A DNA stretch of 64,000 nucleotides, taken from contig CAXXWC010000019.1 of the NCBI GenBank assembly GCA_963668645.2, forward strand, positions 544,001-608,000, in the 5' to 3' direction. Positions 38,629-47,803 of this stretch are shown piece after piece. How positions within the stretch are numbered: the stretch's first letter is position 1; each line of letters begins with the position of its first letter. A model generated the notes under the pieces. The model was not told where the DNA came from. It ran no database searches and was given only the letters and a program-made list of their open reading frames with translations. The position numbers and the translations under genes were made by a program. Origin of the DNA: Desulfobacterales bacterium. Lineage in GTDB: Bacteria > Desulfobacterota > Desulfobacteria > Desulfobacterales > UBA2174.

Positions 38629-39399
38629 GTGAATCGACTGCACATGGCACTTATCGGGTTTTCGCTGTTGGCGGCGGCGATGCCGGCCCTGGCCGAAAAG
38701 ACCGAGGTGCAACGCCGGGTGGAGCGCCCGGTGACCGAGGCCATCGATATCCGCCAAAAAGCCCAGCAGGCCGAAATCCGCTGGCGCGAAGAAGAGCAGC
38801 AAAAGCTGGCCGCCTACGACCGCCTGCAACAGCAGCAGGCCCAACTCGAGGCTCACCGCCAAACCGTGGAAGAACGCCTGACCGCCGTGCGAAGCAGAGT
38901 GGCGGCCAAGCAGGCCCAGCTCGATGCCATCGTCCAGATCAGCGAGCAGGTGGTGCCCTTTCTCCAGGCCCAGTACCAGCGCCTGGAGGATCGCGTCGAC
39001 CGCGATCTGCCTTTTTTGACCGCCGAGCGGCACCTGCGGCTGGAAAACCTCAAGACGCTGCTCGATGATCCGGGAGTGGCTGTGAGCGAAAAACTGCGCA
39101 AGGTCTTCGAGGCCCTGATGGTGGAGGCCGAGTACGGCAACACCATCGAGGTCTACCAGCAAGACATCGTCGTGGCAGGAAGTTCGATGCTGGCCAACAT
39201 CTTCCGCCTGGGCCGCGTCGGCCTCTACTACCAGAGCCTCGACCGCAAGTCCTGCGGCTTTTACAACGCCGCCGAGGCCGCCTGGCAGCCGCTGGATCCC
39301 GAGGCCAACCGCACCCTGCAAACCGCCATGGATATCGGCACCAGACGGCGGCCGGTGGAAATCTTGAACATGCCGTTGGGAAGGATCGCCGCGCCATGA
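38629..39399 (+). CDS. DUF3450-like periplasmic coiled-coil protein (TonB-system associated)
   Basis: Signal peptide, DLPFL..ER, EK.R.V.EA...E..YG, RLGRVGLYYQ. Confidence 0.8.
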   Translation: MNRLHMALIGFSLLAAAMPALAEKTEVQRRVERPVTEAIDIRQKAQQAEIRWREEEQQKLAAYDRLQQQQAQLEAHRQTVEERLTAVRSRVAAKQAQLDAIVQISEQVVPFLQAQYQRLEDRVDRDLPFLTAERHLRLENLKTLLDDPGVAVSEKLRKVFEALMVEAEYGNTIEVYQQDIVVAGSSMLANIFRLGRVGLYYQSLDRKSCGFYNAAEAAWQPLDPEANRTLQTAMDIGTRRRPVEILNMPLGRIAAP

Positions 39400-40850
39400 A
39401 GACCGCCAAACGCTGTATCGTCTGGTTGGTGCCGACAGTGCTGATCCTTGCAGCGCCGGTATACGCCCAGGACATGCGCCAGATCCAGGTTCAGGCCAGA
39501 GAGGCGCGTGAGGCCCTGGCGCAAAAGGCCGAGGCGGAAAAAAAGGCCGCCCAGGCCGCCGCGGCCGAAAGCCGGGCCAAGATCATAGCCGACCGCAAAA
39601 AACTGGAAGCCGCCATCCAGGACCTTGAAACCCGCAATCACCAGCTGAACGAAAAGATCCGGTCCATGTCCGACGAGACCGAAATGCTGGCCAAAAAAGA
39701 AGAAGACCTGATCCGGCAGTTGGCCGAGACCGACGCCGTGGTGCGCGAACTGGTCGGGGTGGTGCGCATCAACGCCAAGGACATCGAAACGCTGGTTTCA
39801 CAGAATCTGCAGACCGCCTTTTTAGAGGAGCGGATCGATTTTCTTCAGGACATCTCCGGCCAGAGCCGGTTTCCCGACATGGACGCCGTGCAGGCCATGG
39901 CGGATCTGCTCGACAGGGCGATCGAGGCCTCGGGCGAAGTGACGGTGCACCGCGGCACCATCGTGGACCGCACCGGTGTCGACACCGAGGCCGAAATCCT
40001 GGCCATCGGCAACTTCACCGCCGCCTACCGCATCGGCCAGGAGGTGGGCTTTTTGAACTACTCGCCCGCCGGCCGCCGGCTCTTTGCCCTCTCGCGGCTT
40101 CCTTCGGCCCGGATGCAGCGCCAGATGGCCGCTTACATGGACGGTCAAAGCGCCTCGATGCCCATGGATGTTTCCCGCGGCGGGGCCCTTTACCAGCTCA
40201 CCCACGAGTTGAGCCTATGGCAGCAGATCCCCAAGGGAGGGCCCATCGTCTGGCCCATCGTGGGGATTTTGGGCCTCGGCGTGCTCATCGCCATCGAACG
40301 GGTCTTTTTCCTGCTGCGCCGCCGGCTGAACGCCGACGCCCTGATGAACCGCATCGAACGGCTGGCCGGCGAGGGCCGCTGGAAAGACTGCCAAGCGGCC
40401 TGCACGCCCCTTGTGGCCAAACCGCTGGCCCGGGTGCTCAACGCGGGGCTGGCCTGCTGCCACATGCAGCGCGAGGAGCTGGAAAACGCCCTGCAGGAGG
40501 CGATCCTGAGAGAAATCCCCGCCCTGGAACGCTTTTTATCCACCCTCGGGCTGCTGGCGGCCATCGCCCCGCTGCTCGGGCTGCTGGGCACGGTGACCGG
40601 GATGATCGACACCTTTCACGTCATCACCCAGCACGGCACGGGCGATCCGCGTATGATGTCCGGCGGGATTTCAGAGGCCCTGGTAACCACCATGCTCGGT
40701 TTGACGGTGGCCATCCCCATCATGCTGGTCCACACGCTGCTGAGCCGCACGGTGGAAAAACGCATCGGCCAGATGGAGGAAAAAGCCGTAGCCTTGGTCA
40801 ACATCGCCGACCGCTATCGGAGCCGCCTTGATCCTGCTGATTCAAAATAG
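39396..40850 (+). CDS. Long MotA/TolQ/ExbB family protein (TtpC-like)
   Basis: Periplasmic N-terminal domain; IAPLLGLLGTVTGMI.TF, GGISEALVTT. Confidence 0.88.
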   Translation: MKTAKRCIVWLVPTVLILAAPVYAQDMRQIQVQAREAREALAQKAEAEKKAAQAAAAESRAKIIADRKKLEAAIQDLETRNHQLNEKIRSMSDETEMLAKKEEDLIRQLAETDAVVRELVGVVRINAKDIETLVSQNLQTAFLEERIDFLQDISGQSRFPDMDAVQAMADLLDRAIEASGEVTVHRGTIVDRTGVDTEAEILAIGNFTAAYRIGQEVGFLNYSPAGRRLFALSRLPSARMQRQMAAYMDGQSASMPMDVSRGGALYQLTHELSLWQQIPKGGPIVWPIVGILGLGVLIAIERVFFLLRRRLNADALMNRIERLAGEGRWKDCQAACTPLVAKPLARVLNAGLACCHMQREELENALQEAILREIPALERFLSTLGLLAAIAPLLGLLGTVTGMIDTFHVITQHGTGDPRMMSGGISEALVTTMLGLTVAIPIMLVHTLLSRTVEKRIGQMEEKAVALVNIADRYRSRLDPADSK

Positions 40851-41439
40851 CCTCCTGCGCCTGGAAGAGTACCTGCGCACCGGCGGACCCTTGATGATCC
40901 CCCTGGTGGTCGTCAGCCTGGTGATGTGGCTGCTGATCATCGACCGGGCCGTCTTCTTTCGCCGGATCCAGCGCCGGGACATGAATTCCCAGAACGCCCG
41001 GGAGTATGTGGCCCGCAACCGCCAGCCGGATTTGCGGCACTATCGCGGAGTCACCGCCGTGCTGGTGGCCGAATTTGTCCGGCGCCGCAGCGGCCGGCGC
41101 GACCTGGACCGCTACGTGCTCGACGAAACCGTGGCCCGGCTCCAGCGCACCCTGAACGACGGTCTGGCCGCCATCGGGGTCCTGGCCGCCATCGCCCCGC
41201 TGCTCGGGCTGCTGGGCACGGTGAGCGGGATGATCACCACCTTCGACGTGCTGGCCGTATTCGGCACGGGCAACGCCCGGGCCATGGCCGGCGGGATCAG
41301 CGAAGCGCTGATCACCACCCAGACCGGTCTTTTGGTGGCCATTCCCGGCTTGTATATGAAAGGCTTTCTCGATCGCCGGGCGCGCCAGGTGGCCCAGCGC
41401 CTGAGTGCAACCGGATTTTACCTCCGGCGGCACCTGTAA
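40828..41439 (+). CDS. exbB: ExbB proton channel
   Basis: APLLGLLGTVSGMI.TF, GISEALITTQTGL. Confidence 0.88.
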   Translation: MILLIQNSLLRLEEYLRTGGPLMIPLVVVSLVMWLLIIDRAVFFRRIQRRDMNSQNAREYVARNRQPDLRHYRGVTAVLVAEFVRRRSGRRDLDRYVLDETVARLQRTLNDGLAAIGVLAAIAPLLGLLGTVSGMITTFDVLAVFGTGNARAMAGGISEALITTQTGLLVAIPGLYMKGFLDRRARQVAQRLSATGFYLRRHL

Positions 41440-41459
41440 ACGAGAGGAGACTTGCGACT

Positions 41460-41879
41460 ATGCTGAGTATCTCGGCGGCCCGGCGCCAGCGCAACACGGT
41501 GCGCGAATTGAACATGGCCCCGCTGATCGATATGGTCTTCATCCTGCTGATCTTCTTTCTGGTGACCACCAGCTTCGTCAAGGAGACCGGCATCGATGTC
41601 CAGCGGCCCACCGCATCGACGGCCGAAAGCAATGCCAAAGCTGCCATCCTCGTTGCCGTGGACGCCGAAAACCGGATCTTCTACGATCATCGGGAAATCG
41701 ATGTACGCGCGGTGCGCGCCAACGTGGAGCGCGCCCTGGCGGAAAACCCGGAAGGCGCCGTGGTGGTGGTGGCCGACAAGGCCAGCTCCACCGGCACGGC
41801 GATCATGGTGATGGACGGCTGCCGCATGGCCGGGGCGACCAGCGTCTCGCTGGCAGCCAGCCTGCCGCAGGGCGAGTAA
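41460..41879 (+). CDS. exbD: ExbD
   Basis: LNMAPLIDMVFILLIFFLVT, ADK. Confidence 0.92.
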   Translation: MLSISAARRQRNTVRELNMAPLIDMVFILLIFFLVTTSFVKETGIDVQRPTASTAESNAKAAILVAVDAENRIFYDHREIDVRAVRANVERALAENPEGAVVVVADKASSTGTAIMVMDGCRMAGATSVSLAASLPQGE

Positions 41880-41985
41880 TTCCGGCAGGCCGCACCGGGC
41901 GCCTGCTTTTTTATGTCCTTTTCGTCCCTTGTGCCCTTTGTGTCATTGAAATAACAATTTAAACGCGAGCCACCAGCTTCGAACC

Positions 41986-42699
41986 ATGGCCCCCGAACCG
42001 CACCCCCTGAACCTGCAACCGCAAACATCGGCCGTCCTGCTGCGGCGCCTGTGGCCCCCTTTTCTCTGGGCCACCCTGGGCAGCATGGCGATCAACCTGG
42101 TCCTGTTCGCCCTGATGCCGTACCTGCTGCACCGTTCCGAAGAACGGCCGGTTTTCGACAAATTGATCCCGCAGATCAACGTGATCCGCCTCAAGCGGCC
42201 CGAAGTGCCCGTGGAACGCAAGCAGACGCGATTGCCCGAACCGGTAAAACCGAAAACCAAACCATTGCCGCCGACCATCGCCGGCCGTATGGCCCCGGTC
42301 GATTTCAAGCTGGCCTTCGAAGTCAACCCCCGCCTGAGCAGCGGGCCGGTGGTGGCAGCGCCGCCGACGGCGACGGTATCCAACTTTGATCATTCTTTCA
42401 CCCCGTCGGTGGTGGCCGCCACCGAACTCGATCATCCGCTGACGCCGCTGGTGCGCATGCCGCCGGTCTATCCGATGAGGGCCAAACGCCGCGGCATAGA
42501 AGGATGGGTCAAGGTGCGCTTCGTGGTCGACGCCCAAGGCGACGTTCAGGACGTCAAGGTGGTCGAAGGGCAACCGCCGGGAATCTTTGACGACAGCGTG
42601 ATCGGCTGCGTGCACGGGTGGCGTTTCATACCGGGAACCGTGGGCGGCACCCCGGTGAGCGCCTGGGCTGAGACCACGGTACGTTTCGAACTGGAATGA
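41986..42699 (+). CDS. tonB: Energy transducer TonB
   Basis: N-terminal transmembrane helix, Pro-rich linker, PPVYP..A...GIEG.V.V.F.VD, WRF.PG. Confidence 0.9.
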   Translation: MAPEPHPLNLQPQTSAVLLRRLWPPFLWATLGSMAINLVLFALMPYLLHRSEERPVFDKLIPQINVIRLKRPEVPVERKQTRLPEPVKPKTKPLPPTIAGRMAPVDFKLAFEVNPRLSSGPVVAAPPTATVSNFDHSFTPSVVAATELDHPLTPLVRMPPVYPMRAKRRGIEGWVKVRFVVDAQGDVQDVKVVEGQPPGIFDDSVIGCVHGWRFIPGTVGGTPVSAWAETTVRFELE

Positions 42700-42729
42700 C
42701 GCATCAACTTCCCATCGGCCATCGGGAAA

Positions 42730-44082
42730 ATGGGAGCCATGGAAAACAGGCAAGACAAATCAACGCCGAAACCGCATCACCGCCAGGGCATGGCAGTGAT
42801 GGGGCTCCTTGTTTTAATTTTCATCGGCATCGGCACTATCCCATTGCCGGCCTCGGCCGCCGCCGCACCGGACGATCTTCCGCTGTCGGTGCGCTTCGTT
42901 CTGCGCGACGTCGAGAACCTGATGGGTAAAAAGGCTTATGACCAGGCCATCGCCCGGCTGAACAAATTCCAGAAAGAGTCCAAAAAGGGCCAACATCCCT
43001 TGATCGACATCGCCATGGGCAACCTTTGGCTGCTCAAGGACGAGCCCGGCCGCGCCAAGGCGCCCCTGCGTAAAGCCGTGGCCGCCATGCCCGATCGCAT
43101 CGACGCCTGGCTCAACCTGGCCAAGGCCTGTTACGACACCCAGGATTACCGCGAAGCGGCCGATTGCTTCAACACCGCCTACCAGCGGTCCGCCGAGGCC
43201 GAAAAAAATCCGCAGCACCTCTATTTTTCAGCCATATCCCACCTGTTGGCCAAGTCCTACACCGAGGCCATACCCGTCTTCGAACGGCTGTTTGCCGATT
43301 ACCCGCAGCAGATCAAGCCCGAGTGGCGTGAAAATTTCGTTCACGCCCTGATGGCAGCGGAAAAGCCGCGCCGGGCCCTTCCGCTGGTGCGTGAACTGGC
43401 CCGGCAGTCGACCGGCAAAGCCCGCTTAAAGTGGCAGGAAATCCTTCTTCATCTCTATTTGCAGCTGGAAATGACGGACCAGGCGCGCACTTTCGCGCGG
43501 CAGTTGACGGACGAATACCCCGGGGAGGCCAAGTGGTGGAAGGCCCTGGCGCATGTGGAGTTGTCCTGCTCGCACTACAAACAGGCCCTGGCAGCCCTGA
43601 CCATCTATGGCTGGCTCCAACCGCTGACCGACAACGAAAAGAAGCTGTGGGCCGATTTGAACCTTCAATTGGAGATCCCGGACCGGGCCGCGGCGGTGTA
43701 TGCCGAACTGCTGGCGCGCACGCCGGACCCCCACATGCTGGAAAAACTGATTTCCGCCTACCGCCAGAAGGCCCGCTACGACGAGGCCCTGGCCAGTCTG
43801 GATCGCTACGGCAAGAACCACAACGACTCGAAACTGATGATGTTGCGGGCCGATCTGCTCTACAACGCGCGGCGCTTTGCCGATGCCGCCGATGCCTACC
43901 GCCGAACGGCGCTGAAAGGCAGCCCCCAGGCCGGCCAGGCCTGGCTCATGGCCGGCTACGCCGCCTGGCAGGTCAACGACCTGAACACCAGCCGCAAAGC
44001 CTTCGAGCAGGCCTCAGGTTACAGCCGGCAAAAAAAGGCGGCCCAGGCAGCCATGCGCCAGTTGGAAGCGGTTAATAACTAG
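42730..44082 (+). CDS. Tetratricopeptide repeat protein
   Basis: Signal-like N-terminus and repeated helical TPR patterns (AWLNLAKACY..., AWLMAGYAA...). Confidence 0.8.
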   Translation: MGAMENRQDKSTPKPHHRQGMAVMGLLVLIFIGIGTIPLPASAAAAPDDLPLSVRFVLRDVENLMGKKAYDQAIARLNKFQKESKKGQHPLIDIAMGNLWLLKDEPGRAKAPLRKAVAAMPDRIDAWLNLAKACYDTQDYREAADCFNTAYQRSAEAEKNPQHLYFSAISHLLAKSYTEAIPVFERLFADYPQQIKPEWRENFVHALMAAEKPRRALPLVRELARQSTGKARLKWQEILLHLYLQLEMTDQARTFARQLTDEYPGEAKWWKALAHVELSCSHYKQALAALTIYGWLQPLTDNEKKLWADLNLQLEIPDRAAAVYAELLARTPDPHMLEKLISAYRQKARYDEALASLDRYGKNHNDSKLMMLRADLLYNARRFADAADAYRRTALKGSPQAGQAWLMAGYAAWQVNDLNTSRKAFEQASGYSRQKKAAQAAMRQLEAVNN

Positions 44083-45751
44083 TTTCCGTCCATAAATCGC
44101 CAAAATCAGCCGCCCGAGGACCCTGCAAAGAGGCGGCAGGCGAATAATCTCGAAAGAATTTAGCAAAAAACAAGCCCTTAACAGTAAATGTTACTATTCA
44201 CCCTAAAATCCGGGAACACCTCACCTGTTGGCTTTACGTGTCGAACGGGTGCCGTACCGTCAGGCCAACTGTTTGCGGGCAATCGTAAGCAGGTTGGCCG
44301 AAACGATCGACGCCCAAACATAACTCTGGAACGATCGCCATCCTTTCCAAGTGCACCGATCCAGCCCCAGGCTGCGCTTGAGCCAGGATATGCCCGCCTC
44401 GATGCCGGCCCGGAAGCGACGAAGGCGCCTGTACACATACGGGCTGCGGCACATCTTCTCCGGGTCCAGGCCGCGCTTTTTGGCAAAACAGACGTCTTTG
44501 ATTCCCTTGTCCTTGGCGGCCTTCAAATTCGCCTTGGAAGCAAACCCTCCGTCCAGTGCAACTTTGAGCGGGCAGCGCCCGTAAATCTTTTCTTGCCGAT
44601 CGAGCATCGTCTGGGTCAAGGTCACATCGGCCGGGTTGCCTTCCACGATCTGACAATCGAGAATCAGGTTCGAACGGCCTCCGGTCAGACATATCTTGTG
44701 ACCGAAAAATGTGTCGCGCCGGTCCTTGACGATGATGTCGGTATGCTCCTCGAAAATCGACACGAGCTTTTCCGAGGCCGGAACCTTCTCTCCTTTGATG
44801 ACGCGGCGCTGGGTCTGCGCGATGACCTTTTCGGTCAGTGCAACGTAGCGTTCCAATTCAAAAAACAGGCCCAGCGCGGTCAGGTTGTCAGCACCGACCG
44901 TCTTGAGCCGTTCGATAGCGCGCCGGGCCGAAGCCAACGACTTTGCCGTGTACTTGAGAAGATCGACATAGGCCCCACGACGTTCATTTTTGCTGCGGGC
45001 GTACTGAATTTTGACCATGCGCCGTTTGGCCACCCGGCGGTGATCGTGGTATCCAAATCGGCCCAGGCCAAGATCCCGGACCCTTTGCTGCAACCGGCTC
45101 AGCACCCGGACACAATCATACAGCAGGCTCGAATCACTGGGCGCGTGGATATTGCTTTCGACAACCGTACAATCGATACGTGCCACACGGCCTTTTTCGA
45201 TCTTGTTTTGTTTGGCATAACCGAGCACTTCAAGGTTGATCGCCTCCCAGGTCTGATCCGACAGGGCCTTGATGTTTTTGTTGAGCACCGACTTTTTGAA
45301 CCCCTTGTCGGCAATGCCGATACGGCAAAAACGCCGGATACTCTGGCTGTCGACCAGATGAAAAGCCAGGTCCTGGTAGGTCAACTCGTGGAGCCTCATC
45401 ACCACGGCCGCTCGCAGCACCTGCTCGGCGCTCATGCCTTTTGCCCCGGCACGGCTGACAACACGGCGCCGCTTGCAAAGATCTTGCAGCACGAACTCGG
45501 TGATGATAGGTTTGCTGTCCAGGATGCTGGAGATGGCTTCGAGCTCTTGGGCTTGGATGTGGCTGGCGATCTCGGGCATCAGGGGCATTTGGCGTTGCCA
45601 TTTTTCGCGCATTTTGTGTTGGTCCTTTTCTCGGCTTTGTTAGTATTTACGGTTGTTTGGCGACATCGTTTATACTACACTCAGCCTCGAAACTCCAGCA
45701 CAAAATGCGCTTTTTTATGCCGGCCGGATAGTTACGGCCGCGGATGGACAC
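44082..45751 (-). mobile_element. ISNCY (ISDol1-like) insertion sequence with 6-bp target duplication TAACTA
   Basis: Imperfect terminal inverted repeats GTTTCCGTCC/GTGTCCATCC; TAACTA at 44076-44081 and 45752-45757; one transposase gene. Confidence 0.85.
44260..45612 (-). CDS. DDE transposase (ISNCY / IS5-like)
   Basis: RIDCTVVESNIHAP.DSSLL, EKLVSIFEEHTDII.K, LDGGF, RAGIEAGIS.LKR. Confidence 0.9.
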   Translation of the reverse strand: MREKWQRQMPLMPEIASHIQAQELEAISSILDSKPIITEFVLQDLCKRRRVVSRAGAKGMSAEQVLRAAVVMRLHELTYQDLAFHLVDSQSIRRFCRIGIADKGFKKSVLNKNIKALSDQTWEAINLEVLGYAKQNKIEKGRVARIDCTVVESNIHAPSDSSLLYDCVRVLSRLQQRVRDLGLGRFGYHDHRRVAKRRMVKIQYARSKNERRGAYVDLLKYTAKSLASARRAIERLKTVGADNLTALGLFFELERYVALTEKVIAQTQRRVIKGEKVPASEKLVSIFEEHTDIIVKDRRDTFFGHKICLTGGRSNLILDCQIVEGNPADVTLTQTMLDRQEKIYGRCPLKVALDGGFASKANLKAAKDKGIKDVCFAKKRGLDPEKMCRSPYVYRRLRRFRAGIEAGISWLKRSLGLDRCTWKGWRSFQSYVWASIVSANLLTIARKQLA

Positions 45752-45766
45752 TAACTAGAGTTGCAT

Positions 45767-46645
45767 ATGACCACAGACGAAATCCGTTTCTGGGCCAGCC
45801 GCTGGCAGGAGCACCACGACGCATCCATTCAGGGACGTCGCCGCCGCTCCGGCAGCGAGCCGATGAAACGCTGGAACAAAATGGCGCCCGATTTCGCCCG
45901 CAACACCGACCGGGCCGATCTGGCAGAGCAGCGCCGGGCCGTGGTCAACGATCTGGTGGCCTGCGGCGCGCTGGCTGCGGGTTTCCGGGTGCTGGACATC
46001 GGCGCCGGCCCCGGGTCCTGGGCCCTGCTGCTGGCCGAAACCGCGGCCGAAGTGACGGCCCTGGAACCGGCCGAGGCCATGGCCGATATTCTCGAAGAGA
46101 ACATCTCCAGCGCCGGGGCAGACAATATCCGTATCGTGCGCCGCACCTGGCAGGACACGGACCTGGACCGGGAAGGCTGGCGGGGGGCCTTCGATCTGGT
46201 CTTTGCCTCCATGTCGCCCGGGATCGACGGGCCCGGTGCGCTTTTGGCGATGATGGCCGCCAGCCGGCGCTGGTGCTACCTGTCGACCTTTGCCGGCCGA
46301 GGACCCCGGCCGTGGCACGCCGATTTGTGGCGCGAGTTTTTCGACGAACCGCCCGGTGCCCACCGCAGCGACATCATCCATCCGTTCAACCTGGTTTACG
46401 CCATGGGCTACCGCCCGCATCTGCGCTTCACCTTTTGGGACCACCAACGGCGCTGGTCGCGCGACGAGGCCATCGGCCAGTGCACGGCGTTTCTGGAAGA
46501 CTACCTGGAGTTGACGCCCGGAATCGAGGCCCAGGTGGCCCGCTTCGTGGACCGGCGGCTTGACGGCGGGATGCTGGTGCACATGGACCGGATCTGCCGC
46601 GGCACCATGATCTGGAACCTGACCGAACGCGAAGAGCAGCCATGA
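45767..46645 (+). CDS. Class I SAM-dependent methyltransferase
   Basis: VLDIGAGPG, VTALEPA..M, FDLVFASMSPG. Confidence 0.88.
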   Translation: MTTDEIRFWASRWQEHHDASIQGRRRRSGSEPMKRWNKMAPDFARNTDRADLAEQRRAVVNDLVACGALAAGFRVLDIGAGPGSWALLLAETAAEVTALEPAEAMADILEENISSAGADNIRIVRRTWQDTDLDREGWRGAFDLVFASMSPGIDGPGALLAMMAASRRWCYLSTFAGRGPRPWHADLWREFFDEPPGAHRSDIIHPFNLVYAMGYRPHLRFTFWDHQRRWSRDEAIGQCTAFLEDYLELTPGIEAQVARFVDRRLDGGMLVHMDRICRGTMIWNLTEREEQP

Positions 46646-46777
46646 CCGGACACGGTGTGAAGCCTGCGGCATGTCATTTAAGACCGAGGTCTTACAGGCG
46701 TCACTTTGCGTCGCCTGGAAGGTGAACAGGCCCGTGCTGGCACGGGCAATCGTGGCATCAAGGAAAGGAAGGCAAAG

Positions 46778-47773
46778 ATGAAAACAAGATGTGCCCTGAC
46801 CGCCGGCCTGACAACCGCCCTGATCCTGGTGCTGGCCGCCCTGGCAGGCGCCGGATCGCTGGACACGGAAATCAGCGGCGCCATGAGCCGGCTCGCACTA
46901 TCCAAGGGCAGCCCCGACCTGCTGGTGCTCACCGATGCGCCTTTCGTCAAGATGCGCGGCCGGCCCGCCCTGGCGGAGCTTGCCGTTGTGGAAAGGCTTA
47001 CCGGATGCAGCGTCGGCAACGGCAACCTGCTCTTTTTCCAGCGCCCCCAGAACCATCCCCTGCGCTTTTTGCTCTTCAGCCGCCAGAACGGGCAGGCGGT
47101 GGTGCTGAGCGCTGCGGCCGGCGGGTTCGACGCCGAAAAGCTCGACATGGGCATTGAGGCCATCGCCGACAAAAAATTCTGGGATCGCAGCAAGAAGTTT
47201 CTGGCCGGCAGGGACATGTTCACCCTGGCGGCCATCGCCAACGCCTGGGCCCAGAACGCCCCCTATGACTTTTTAAAATCCGCCGAGCTGCACAACCATA
47301 TCTGTCCGGGATTGACCTCGGGGTACCTGATGGCCCAGTACATCCTGAACCGGTATCCATTGAGCGAAAGCGAGCGCTATACGGTGGTTTCCTCTCCTGT
47401 CTGGTGCAAGGAGGATGCCCTGCAGGTGGTGCTCGACTGCACTCCGGGAAAAAAGGGAATGATCGTCAAGCCGCTTTCCGCAGAACAGACGGCGGCTGTC
47501 AAAATCAAGAACCCGGCCGGCATGGTCCTGATCTGGAACGCCAGGGAAAAAACCGGCAGGGCGGTGGCCCTGAGCTTCGATATGGCGGCGTTCAAGGCCC
47601 TCAGCCCCGAGGGTGCCACCAAGGCCGCCATGGTGACCGCGGCCGTACCCTATCTCCACGATCCGGATCGTTTCGTGTCCACCGGGGCCGAGGTGGTGCT
47701 CGACGAGCAGTTGTACAACCGGATCCTGCTTGCCGGGACCAATCCTTACGAGGCTGTCGGGCTGGTGAAATAA
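46778..47773 (+). CDS. Exported FmdE-family protein
   Basis: Signal peptide; LHNHICPGLTSG and WCKEDALQ...TPGK metal-binding pattern. Confidence 0.8.
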   Translation: MKTRCALTAGLTTALILVLAALAGAGSLDTEISGAMSRLALSKGSPDLLVLTDAPFVKMRGRPALAELAVVERLTGCSVGNGNLLFFQRPQNHPLRFLLFSRQNGQAVVLSAAAGGFDAEKLDMGIEAIADKKFWDRSKKFLAGRDMFTLAAIANAWAQNAPYDFLKSAELHNHICPGLTSGYLMAQYILNRYPLSESERYTVVSSPVWCKEDALQVVLDCTPGKKGMIVKPLSAEQTAAVKIKNPAGMVLIWNAREKTGRAVALSFDMAAFKALSPEGATKAAMVTAAVPYLHDPDRFVSTGAEVVLDEQLYNRILLAGTNPYEAVGLVK

Positions 47774-47803
47774 GGGCCGGCGCGCGCCGGTCCAGGCCGT
47801 GCT

